From assembly GCA_020632255.1 (NCBI GenBank), contig JACKFX010000001.1:58734-122733 (forward strand): a DNA stretch of 64,000 nt, read 5' to 3'. This DNA is from Pseudomonadales bacterium. GTDB taxonomy: Bacteria > Patescibacteriota > Microgenomatia > UBA1400 > PJMF01. A program made the position numbers and the translations under genes. This document shows positions 25,325 through 33,204 of this stretch, piece by piece. The notes beneath the pieces were generated by a model. It was not told where the DNA came from. It saw only the letters and a program-made list of their open reading frames with translations, and searched no databases. The stretch's first letter is position 1. Each line of letters begins with the position of its first letter.

Positions 25325-26446
25325 TTAGGTTTGAGACTGACTAACCTCTAAAAGAATTGCCTTAATGGATTTGTTAAATTCTCTGATTAACCTTTTCGAT
25401 TTTTTCCTAAATTCTGGCTGTACATTCGATTTTCTTCGAATCGAATGCAACATCTTGTTGTAGGGAATTGATGCTGGATTATCATCAATTTGCCAAGTGC
25501 CTTGTATGAAATGACTTAGGACATATCGTTGATCATTGGTAGTATTTTGTATGGAGTATTCGGAAAGTAACTCTTCCCATGCGGTCATATGACTTTGCCA
25601 AGCGTCTGCCAATTTATGTTCAATAGCATCCCTTAATTCAACTGACTTTTGCACTGCCTTTATCGCAGTGCAAGCATTCATTTCGTATATGCATTTTCTG
25701 ATGTAATCATTAAACCCAGATGGATTTTGAGGATTAAATTGAACAATTGGAAAGCTCCTCCATTCAACTGCTAATTTTTGGTCCTCTGTTTCATGCAAAG
25801 GAGTTATTTTACTTTCTGATCGGTTGGAAAAATATGGAAAGTGTATCTGTGTGTTTCCGTCTTTCAATGGTGTGAATCGACGATGAATTTCACAGCAATC
25901 AGTTGAAGGTGCTGAAGTGGCACTATTAATGATGCCACTTGCTTCAAGAATTGCTCGAGCATCCATAACTTCTGTATGCTCTGGTGAAAGTTTAATTCCT
26001 CCATATGTTTCATGAGCTACGGTTTCACCTTCAAATGCACTATTTCTAATTGCAAATAGTAGAGAGCGAAGAAGAGTGATATTACTGTCTGCCGGATATG
26101 TGACCCCTTCTCTAATTTGATACATATGTTCATTTGGAACAAATGTATCATTAAATGTTGTTACATCAGCTTGTTTTCCAGCTAAAGTTTGAGCTTGCAA
26201 TAGGATATTTAAACGAGTACGACTTCCAGATAAACGTGCATCTCTATAAGCTTTATACATTGCTGGATCAGTGTATTCTATTTCCAAGCCGAATGTTGGA
26301 GTATATGGATTACTTCTTAAGTTGAGTTCTTGGTTCTTTTTTCTTATACGTACAAGAAAATCGTAGATTGCTTCGACTTCTTGATAAAATTTGGCACTTG
26401 AAACATAAGCCTTCTCATCACCCTTTCTATACAACCACCCATGCAA
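25325..26446 (-). CDS. hypothetical protein (373 aa)
   Basis: Long ORF with no recognisable motifs. Confidence 0.45.
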   Translation of the reverse strand: MHGWLYRKGDEKAYVSSAKFYQEVEAIYDFLVRIRKKNQELNLRSNPYTPTFGLEIEYTDPAMYKAYRDARLSGSRTRLNILLQAQTLAGKQADVTTFNDTFVPNEHMYQIREGVTYPADSNITLLRSLLFAIRNSAFEGETVAHETYGGIKLSPEHTEVMDARAILEASGIINSATSAPSTDCCEIHRRFTPLKDGNTQIHFPYFSNRSESKITPLHETEDQKLAVEWRSFPIVQFNPQNPSGFNDYIRKCIYEMNACTAIKAVQKSVELRDAIEHKLADAWQSHMTAWEELLSEYSIQNTTNDQRYVLSHFIQGTWQIDDNPASIPYNKMLHSIRRKSNVQPEFRKKSKRLIREFNKSIKAILLEVSQSQT

Positions 26447-26502
26447 AGTAGACTCTACTTTATGGTGTACTAATAAAAAATGAAAGGCAACGATATCTTG
26501 AG

Positions 26503-26784
26503 TTAGTAGATTTTTTCTAATGGAGATAGAGATTCTAAATCAATGTGACATTGTTCTAAAGCTCGAAGAAAAGCAGTATGATCTATTACGAAGTCGGTAT
26601 CAGGTCTGTTTATCATGCGCGCATTTCGATGTTTGGAAAGAGGGTGTTGATGACTTGCTTGGTTTGTATAGATTTTAACGATATCGATAGCATCTTGATC
26701 GATGAGGGGGATTTCCATCTTCTCTCGCCTCGTTAAAAATGCTGCATAAATTTCTTTTACTTGTTCTTTGTCTAAAAAAATCAT
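26503..26784 (-). CDS. hypothetical protein (93 aa)
   Basis: ORF only. Confidence 0.35.
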   Translation of the reverse strand: MIFLDKEQVKEIYAAFLTRREKMEIPLIDQDAIDIVKIYTNQASHQHPLSKHRNARMINRPDTDFVIDHTAFLRALEQCHIDLESLSPLEKIY

Positions 26785-26917
26785 GTAGTAATCCCGATAT
26801 ATGTATTAATCATTGAGTAATTACTCTCATTGTACATGAAATGTTGATTTTTTTGAAAGAATTGCCATAACATTGCTCACTAGCAGGTATGTTTTATTCG
26901 GTGACTTTTTTTTATGT

Positions 26918-26943
26918 ATGACACTGTTGGACTATGTTGGAAC
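26918..26943 (+). repeat. boundary motif copy (atgacaCTGTTGGACTATGTTGGAAC)
   Basis: Exact core ctgttggactatgttggaac. Confidence 0.6.
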
Positions 26944-27229
26944 TTCACTCTTTGAATATTCAGGTGAAAACCAAAATCTAAGTTCTGTCTTTGAAGAACA
27001 AAAAAATCTGGAACACCAGTGTCATCTATGTTTACAGAATTATTGAGATAAATATTTGAATAACCAAAAGATACTTTTTTCTTTTTAATAAGGAAGCCAT
27101 CTTCTGACTCAAAGTTGCATTAGAAGTATTCTTTACTTCTGAATTACAAGCACATTAAAATATATATTTAGGTCTAGACCCCAACCTTTTCCTTTGTTTT
27201 TTCTTGAGTAATCTGTAATAATACTATTT

Positions 27230-28516
27230 ATGATTGGTAATAATGGAGAAACTACTAGTACAGGTATAAAGGAAAGAAAAACTGAAATTCAGGATGATCT
27301 TTTGAAAGAACCGACCGACCCCGTTGTCTACTTTAGGAGCATGTTTGAGGATGAGCTTAACATTGAGCGTCAAAATGTAAAGGAAATGATATTGGCTGCG
27401 GACTCGATTGATAAAAAAATAAACCTCTTACGATCATGGCGAAAAAGATATGCGAATATTTCGCAGGTTACTGAAAATGTTGAAGATGATCCTACAATTT
27501 TAAATTTTTCCTTGTCACAGTACTCTGAATATATTCCATTTTATGAAGTCATTGAAAAAAAATATCCTTGGATTTCAGCTTTAGAAAAACAAGATAGGAT
27601 TCACCTAATGGATAGGCTGATAGAATCATTTTTAGCGAGTGGGAAGTTTTCAGAAAATTTTTTATCACAAATTCCTCTCCTTTTCAAAAAGTATAAATCA
27701 CTTAAAAGGAGATTAGATGTAATTGATGCAAACCCCAGTTTAGGTGATTCTGAGGCGAGAAAATTAAAAGCTCTAGCTAGATATGAAGAATTTTCGTATG
27801 GAGGAAGAAGTGTTTTTGATATAGCAAGATCTAATTATGATGCGGTAAATCTTTTATTAAATAGTGGAATTTTACAAAGATCTGAATTGGGAAGATTATT
27901 GTTAAATCGCATACCAAATCTTGAAATGTATGCTAGTCATTTTAGTAACCGTTGGGGGTATAAATATATTTTAAAAACAGGAGAGCTAACTTGTGCTGCA
28001 GAACTACAAGAAAACCCAAATATCCCTTTTAAAAAGTTTACTTGGGTGAGTGATGCTGCTTTGAGGAATGATAGTATGTGCTTTTTTTGTCTCGGAAGCC
28101 ATGATTCACGTGACTACGGATCCAGAAATGACTCTAGAAATGGCACACCATTTTATTTGGATATTGGCAATAACCCAGGCTTGTTAAATGGAGCTTTAGT
28201 TAGAGTTCACATAACTCAATTTGATAGTAATGAGAATATTTTACCAACTGAAGCGGAGCAAATGAGTTTAGATTCAGAACTATATCCAGCAACAAATTAC
28301 AAAGAAATATTAATCTTTCAGTTATACAGAAAGTTTATTGGGAATGAAGACATGACTTCTTATGAAGAGTTAATTTTCAGGTTGAAAAATGATAATGATG
28401 AAGAGTTGTTACGTTACATAGATGACAACCAAGATGATTTGGGTGTATATCTAGAAATAATTGTTCCATCGCATGTAAAATTGTGGGATTTGATTGTTGG
28501 CAGTCCAGTGAAATGA
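27230..28516 (+). CDS. hypothetical protein (428 aa)
   Basis: Long ORF with no recognisable motifs. Confidence 0.45.
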   Translation: MIGNNGETTSTGIKERKTEIQDDLLKEPTDPVVYFRSMFEDELNIERQNVKEMILAADSIDKKINLLRSWRKRYANISQVTENVEDDPTILNFSLSQYSEYIPFYEVIEKKYPWISALEKQDRIHLMDRLIESFLASGKFSENFLSQIPLLFKKYKSLKRRLDVIDANPSLGDSEARKLKALARYEEFSYGGRSVFDIARSNYDAVNLLLNSGILQRSELGRLLLNRIPNLEMYASHFSNRWGYKYILKTGELTCAAELQENPNIPFKKFTWVSDAALRNDSMCFFCLGSHDSRDYGSRNDSRNGTPFYLDIGNNPGLLNGALVRVHITQFDSNENILPTEAEQMSLDSELYPATNYKEILIFQLYRKFIGNEDMTSYEELIFRLKNDNDEELLRYIDDNQDDLGVYLEIIVPSHVKLWDLIVGSPVK

Positions 28517-28533
28517 TTTATTCCTCATTTGTG

Positions 28534-28548
28534 TGATGCCCGAGTTGG
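28534..28548 (+). repeat. copy of the tRNA-Gln 3' end (tgatgcccgaGttgg, 1 mismatch)
   Basis: Matches the reverse complement of the tRNA-Gln 3' terminus at 32498-32512. Confidence 0.6.
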
Positions 28549-28742
28549 TCCTCAGCCTTTGCTCTGGACATTTCCTCGCAGAAGTTCAATCAGATTCGCG
28601 ATTCGCTACTATTTACATCTAATTAAGGAAGTCACATGCACTAAGCAGGAAGTTCGCAGGTGCTCACTTCTTGCTGGCGCGACGGGTTCAAATCAATACT
28701 GACAGCCACAAAAAAAGATAGCATGCTGCTATCTTTTTTCAT

Positions 28743-28770
28743 GGATGGATCTATTGGACTATGTTGGAAC
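28743..28770 (+). repeat. boundary motif copy (ggatggatctattggactatgttggaac), preceded by terminator hairpin 28713-28740
   Basis: Core matches 18/20. Hairpin aaaaaaagatagcatgctgctatctttttt is upstream. Confidence 0.6.
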
Positions 28771-28789
28771 CATTCTACTGATGTAATTG

Positions 28790-29161
28790 TCACTCTGTTT
28801 TAGCGAGAAGTGTATATCTATTGTGTCCATCCTCATCAAACTTTTTTGCTTTTGTTTGTGCAACCAATTTTTCCCAAACAATTTGTGCTTCAGGTGAAAG
28901 ATTTGTGCCAGAGTACAATGGAAACCCATACTTCTGTAGAGCGACTTGGTTCATTAGGTATAGTCTCCTCGTGGCAAGATTTCTTTTTATATGGTTTGCG
29001 TCAGTCCATGTCCAGTCGACAAAAGGCTTGTTTCGAAAATATTTTTGAGTTTCTGGGTTATTTGAATTTACATTGAATCGTAATGTCGAACATCCAATAA
29101 TATTGTCATTTTCTATGTCAACAAAGTATGTTAGCTCATCTTCATCTCCAGTGTCATACAT
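28790..29161 (-). CDS. hypothetical protein (123 aa)
   Basis: ORF only. Confidence 0.4.
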   Translation of the reverse strand: MYDTGDEDELTYFVDIENDNIIGCSTLRFNVNSNNPETQKYFRNKPFVDWTWTDANHIKRNLATRRLYLMNQVALQKYGFPLYSGTNLSPEAQIVWEKLVAQTKAKKFDEDGHNRYTLLAKTE

Positions 29162-29414
29162 TTTTATTTGTCTAGCTAAATATGTCTCTGTTCCGTCTGG
29201 ATGATGGTATAACTGGAACTCTTCAAAGTTGCCAGTTTTATAATCATCTGGATGTACTAGTGAAGCACTTTTTTTTCGAAGTGTTGCATTACATGCTGAG
29301 GAACATCTGCAGGTGTGATCTGTATAGGTACAAAAGATCTGGATTCTAAAATGTACCTTGGTGCTTCAGTCATGTTCAAAGTATATAGTAAGATATATAG
29401 TTCTATCAACAAGT

Positions 29415-29440
29415 GATTGCTCTGTTGGACTATGTTGGAA
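29415..29440 (+). repeat. boundary motif copy (gattgctctgttggactatgttggaa)
   Basis: Exact core. Confidence 0.6.
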
Positions 29441-29467
29441 GTAATCTTTCAGCTTTTCAGAAGTCTT

Positions 29468-29938
29468 TCACTCAGGAATTTTCATTTCCATAGTTGTGAA
29501 CTTAATTCCATTTACTTCTTTTTCATCTGAAACACTTTTAAAACCCAATGCTTCATAGGCTGTAACTGAATTTGGTGAAGAGTGAACGGTAATCATCTTT
29601 ACGGAAGAATTGTTTTGCTTAATTAATTTTATTGCTTGTACAAGTAATTGTCGTCCAATTCCTCGCTTTTGGTGTTGGGGATCTACGAAAAGCATTGAAA
29701 GATGATTATTTGATCTTATTTCAATAATACCCACTAATTTTTTGTCAATTTCTGCTTTCAATATCCAATGATCTTTTTGCAGTTGTTCTTCAATTGCTTT
29801 AGGAGTTATATATTTATAAAATTCTTCATTCCCTTGGTCAGAATAAAAATTTGCAACAGAACTATCAAAAACCATTTTTATAAATTGCGATAATTTAGTT
29901 GATTCAGATAAAACTGCCTTCGATATTTTCATATACAA
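29468..29938 (-). CDS. GNAT family N-acetyltransferase
   Basis: QHQKRGIGRQLLVQAI motif A. Confidence 0.65.
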   Translation of the reverse strand: MYMKISKAVLSESTKLSQFIKMVFDSSVANFYSDQGNEEFYKYITPKAIEEQLQKDHWILKAEIDKKLVGIIEIRSNNHLSMLFVDPQHQKRGIGRQLLVQAIKLIKQNNSSVKMITVHSSPNSVTAYEALGFKSVSDEKEVNGIKFTTMEMKIPE

Positions 29939-30042
29939 AAATTATATCAGGTTAGAACTTAATCCAGAAGAGAATTTGAGGTGTACTAATGAGGTATAAA
30001 ACCACGAGAAGAATTAGATTGATATATAAAGCTATATTTTCA

Positions 30043-30071
30043 GGGATGGCACTGTTGGACTATGTTGGAAC
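30043..30071 (+). repeat. boundary motif copy (gggatggcactgttggactatgttggaac)
   Basis: Exact 28-mer consensus. Confidence 0.6.
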
Positions 30072-30113
30072 TAATTTAATGTTTAATACAAATTCAAGTG
30101 ATATACTTCAGAT

Positions 30114-30842
30114 ATGTCAAAAATCATACTCAAAAAATATGGAAGTGGGAACACAGTTCTTGTAGCATTTCCTGGCTGGACACACCCAATTGAAAATGAA
30201 AAAGAATTTCTCAATTTATTAAGTAAAAAGTATACTGTTTACTCAGTCTGTTTACCTGGGTATGTTAAAAATAAAAACTCAAATAAATTTAATGATTTTA
30301 AAAACCTTGTTAGTGACATAGATAAAGAAATTAAAAAGATTAAAAGTAAAAACATTGTGTATATTGGTTTTTCAATGGGATGTAGACTAATTATGGAATT
30401 AGAAAACAAATATCCAAATAAATATAAAAAAATATTTGTTGGTACTCCTGTTCACAACTATAGAATACCACTATGGGCAAATTTGCTATTACTTAATTCA
30501 AATATTATTAATATTTTAAGAAAATCAAAATCATTCAAACTATTTATTGTTAACAAAGCTCTTAAAAATATATTAAATGATAATAAAGCAGTATTTAATA
30601 AAAATAGGAATGTCACTCTAACTGGTGCATTTGATTCTTTAATTGGCTTAATAAAAAGCGACAATACTTTCATAAAATATAAAAAAACAACTAATTTTAT
30701 TTATGGAAATAATGACAAATACTTATATGAAGCAAAAAAATATAATTTAAAAAGTTTATATATCATTGAAAACGCAGACCACAACTGTGTAAGAAATCAT
30801 GAGGAAGAGGTTGTAAGAATAATTGATAGGCTTGTTAATTAA
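30114..30842 (+). CDS. alpha/beta hydrolase-like protein, strongly AT-rich (GFSMGC nucleophile elbow)
   Basis: GxSxG motif and C-terminal DH. Composition is markedly lower-GC than the surroundings. A diverged 5' fragment of a homolog lies at 49288-49383. Confidence 0.5.
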   Translation: MSKIILKKYGSGNTVLVAFPGWTHPIENEKEFLNLLSKKYTVYSVCLPGYVKNKNSNKFNDFKNLVSDIDKEIKKIKSKNIVYIGFSMGCRLIMELENKYPNKYKKIFVGTPVHNYRIPLWANLLLLNSNIINILRKSKSFKLFIVNKALKNILNDNKAVFNKNRNVTLTGAFDSLIGLIKSDNTFIKYKKTTNFIYGNNDKYLYEAKKYNLKSLYIIENADHNCVRNHEEEVVRIIDRLVN

Positions 30843-30887
30843 AAATAATAGTTTAATTAAGATATGATATATAAAGCTATATTTCAT

Positions 30888-30905
30888 TGATGCCCGACTT
30901 GGATT
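30888..30905 (+). repeat. exact 18-nt copy of the tRNA-Gln 3' end (tgatgcccgacttggatt) followed by a conserved module
   Basis: Identical to 32498-32515. Followed by ...ggctcgcgcaggtgcgctcgtgagcccgtcgcgaac. Confidence 0.65.
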
Positions 30906-31056
30906 CACGATTCGCTGCTATTTGTATCTACTGTAGGAAGCTCATATGCACTAGGGTGGCTCGCGCAGGTGCGCTCGTGAGCCCGTCGCGAACGATTTCA
31001 AATAAAATTCTGGAACATATACAAAAAAAACAAGCGGATGCTTGTTTCTTTTGTAT

Positions 31057-31083
31057 GATGGCTCTGTTAGACTATGTTGGAAC
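31057..31083 (+). repeat. boundary motif copy (gatggctctgttagactatgttggaac), overlaps the last 3 codons of the LMW-PTP gene, preceded by terminator 31026-31050
   Basis: Core 19/20. Confidence 0.6.
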
Positions 31084-31500
31084 TTCTCTACCTGCAATCT
31101 CTGATAACAATAGTTCTATTTCATCTCTAACTTGTCTGACACCATCCATGGAACTTTCATATGGATCAGGAACCCCTTTATAAAGTATGTTCAAGCCACT
31201 TGAAACAATAAAGTCAGGTAAAATGCTTGGATCACAGAGAACAATTATTGTAGTTATATCCCGAAGCATTTCTTGAACTAAAACTTTTATTTTTTGCTCA
31301 GAAATATCGATGCCTTTTTCAAACATTGCTTGAATAATATCTTCTCTTGGATGAAAATTATATTTTTCCCTATAGTCATTAATCCCAGCACTTTTTGCAG
31401 AATCTTCACCAAACCAATGTTTCCAAAAACCTTCTGCCATTTGGCTTCGACCAACGTTGCCCTCACAAACAAAAAGAACTTGTTCATTTTCAATTTTCAT
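31072..31500 (-). CDS. low-molecular-weight protein-tyrosine phosphatase / ArsC-like (CX5R P-loop VLFVCEGNVGRSQMAEG)
   Basis: C-E-G-N-V-G-R-S P-loop signature. Confidence 0.6.
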   Translation of the reverse strand: MKIENEQVLFVCEGNVGRSQMAEGFWKHWFGEDSAKSAGINDYREKYNFHPREDIIQAMFEKGIDISEQKIKVLVQEMLRDITTIIVLCDPSILPDFIVSSGLNILYKGVPDPYESSMDGVRQVRDEIELLLSEIAGREVPT

Positions 31501-31580
31501 AGGGATATTGTATCAGAGAAAATCAGACGAGGAGTTCTAACCGTACTAACGAGGTCAAAATTTTCTTGAGGGAAAAACGT

Positions 31581-31608
31581 GGATGGCACTGTTGGACTAT
31601 GTTGGAAC
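31581..31608 (+). repeat. boundary motif copy (ggatggcactgttggactatgttggaac)
   Basis: Exact 28-mer consensus. Confidence 0.6.
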
Positions 31609-31725
31609 TGGGCTTAGAAAAAACGGAGCTATTTATTAGCAAGATTTCTTATATGCATTCATAGAATGAACTAGAACTTATTTCTTAAAAATTACGACAA
31701 TTCTATCAAAATATCTTTCAAAAGC

Positions 31726-32313
31726 TTATTTTATTTCATGTCCGTTGATTTCAACTGAATTATTGCCAAGGCGTATGTCATAGTTCTTTGCAATTCCAAC
31801 GATACCTCGTATTGCTTGGTCAGGACCGCCGACTTTGATTTCACCAGCCCAAGGGAGCTCTTTTTCTAGCTTTTCATTTACATTGACTAGCTTGTATTTA
31901 CCATCTCTCCAAATGTATATTTTTGTTCTGCCTCCTTCAGCAATCTTTTCAAATGCGTTGTACACTGAATTGGCATTAAATTGTTCGATAAAACGATGAT
32001 AGTCTTTTTCAGTAGTATTTATTATTTCTTCAAGATCTGAGTCTAACAGTTGTTCTACTTGAGACAAAAAACCCATTTCAGTTGGATCTAGCAGACTGGT
32101 TCCCCTGATAAACTCATTAAAAAAATTGGCTTTTTGTTCTCCTAAAAGTCGAGATATGCGTTTGTATTGTGTGGTGACACGTTGTGCATACGAGCGTGCA
32201 TTTTCGTTTGAGTGGGGTGTAGATTCAATCATAGCTAAAGTATACAGTATTTTTCTAAGTTGGAATATCTTTTTTAAGTAATTGAGCCTGTAACCATGGA
32301 ATCCAGTGAGCAT
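31726..32313 (-). CDS. hypothetical protein (195 aa; real start may be internal Met)
   Basis: ORF only. Confidence 0.4.
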   Translation of the reverse strand: MLTGFHGYRLNYLKKIFQLRKILYTLAMIESTPHSNENARSYAQRVTTQYKRISRLLGEQKANFFNEFIRGTSLLDPTEMGFLSQVEQLLDSDLEEIINTTEKDYHRFIEQFNANSVYNAFEKIAEGGRTKIYIWRDGKYKLVNVNEKLEKELPWAGEIKVGGPDQAIRGIVGIAKNYDIRLGNNSVEINGHEIK

Positions 32314-32390
32314 TGCTCATACTTGGCATGGAGGGATCATAATACTCTTCCTCACTTTGTCCGCCGTGAAGAATGATTGCGTTTTTCATA
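32256..32390 (-). pseudogene. possible N-terminal fragment of an RBBP9/YdeN-type serine hydrolase (MKNAIILHGGQSEEEYYDPSMPSMSNAHWIPWLQAQLLKKD)
   Basis: 44-codon ORF in a different frame from the 195-aa ORF. ILHGG…HWIPWL matches the N-terminus of the Ser_hydrolase family, then terminates. Confidence 0.3.
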
Positions 32391-32499
32391 TGTAAATTAT
32401 ATCAGGTTAGAACTGTCGCTCGAAGGGAAATTAAGGTGTACTAATGTGGTAGAAAGCATAAAGAGATTTAGATTGATATATAAAGATATATTTTAAGTG

Positions 32500-32570
32500 A
32501 TGCCCGACTTGGATTCGAACCAAGATTGACGGCTTCAAAGGCCGCTGTCCTGCCATTAGACGATCGGGCA
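32500..32570 (-). tRNA. tRNA-Gln(TTG)
   Basis: U1:A72 acceptor TGCCCGA/TCGGGCA, anticodon stem gcggc/gccgt with loop CTTTGAA, T-arm CTTGGTTCGAATCCAAG. Confidence 0.85.
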
Positions 32571-32690
32571 TTGGGTGACATTTGTCACAGGCAGATATTG
32601 TAACAAATTTTTTATGTTTGCTCAATCGGATTTTCTCTGGAAATATAGTGTGTCTAGTCAATAAATCTCAGCTGTGTATACTTAAGAAGT

Positions 32691-33203
32691 ATGAAATTAA
32701 AACAAACTCACCTTATTAAGCCTGCAGTTTTTGGTGCTACAGATGGTATTATCACCACTTTTGCTGTAGTTGCTAGTGTAGCTGGGGCAGGTCTCTCTCC
32801 TTCGATCGTACTTATCATGGGGATTGCAAATATGTTGGGTGATGGCGTAAGCATGGGACTTGGTGATTTTTTGGGTGAACGCTCAGAGAAATTAGCGATG
32901 AAAAAAAGTACCGACAGAGTTTGGGAAACTGGTGTAGTTACCTTTATAGCGTTTGTTCTTGCTGGTGGATTTCCGTTAATTCCCTACGTTCTTCAAGCTT
33001 TAGGATGGAACTTTGCAACTAATCATCAGTTCATGCTTTCATTGGTTTCAACCCTCTGCACCCTCTTTTTTGTAGGATCACTTCGCACAATAATTATTCC
33101 TCGCGCATGGTGGAAAAACGGTTTTGAGATGCTTTTTGTTGGTACAGCAGCAGCAAGTGCAGCCTATTTGTTTGGTTTTTTGGTAGAGAAGCTTGTCATG
33201 TAG
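32691..33203 (+). CDS. VIT1/CCC1 family protein (short form)
   Basis: GATDGIITTFAVVASVAGAG signature and multiple TM helices. Confidence 0.5.
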   Translation: MKLKQTHLIKPAVFGATDGIITTFAVVASVAGAGLSPSIVLIMGIANMLGDGVSMGLGDFLGERSEKLAMKKSTDRVWETGVVTFIAFVLAGGFPLIPYVLQALGWNFATNHQFMLSLVSTLCTLFFVGSLRTIIIPRAWWKNGFEMLFVGTAAASAAYLFGFLVEKLVM

Positions 33204-33204
33204 T

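Larger units (their letters stand above)
24300..32499 (-). mobile_element. tandem array of single-gene cargo cassettes anchored at tRNA-Gln, delimited by a 28-bp boundary motif and tRNA-Gln 3'-end copies
   Basis: Seven copies of gGATGGcaCTGTTGGACTATGTTGGAAC in the same orientation in intergenic spacers. Two 15-18 nt copies of the tRNA-Gln 3' end (28534, 30888). Conserved pre-boundary segment attatatcaggttagaact…aggtgtactaatg…gattagattgatatataaag. Confidence 0.5.

Noticed and set aside
26918-31608. The 28-bp boundary motif as the 3' end of a tRNA or tmRNA
   Set aside because: Its reverse complement (GTTCCAACATAGTCCAACAGTGCCATCC) does not fit a T-arm/acceptor consensus. It matches none of the 11 tRNAs in the window. 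Left as a motif of unknown origin.
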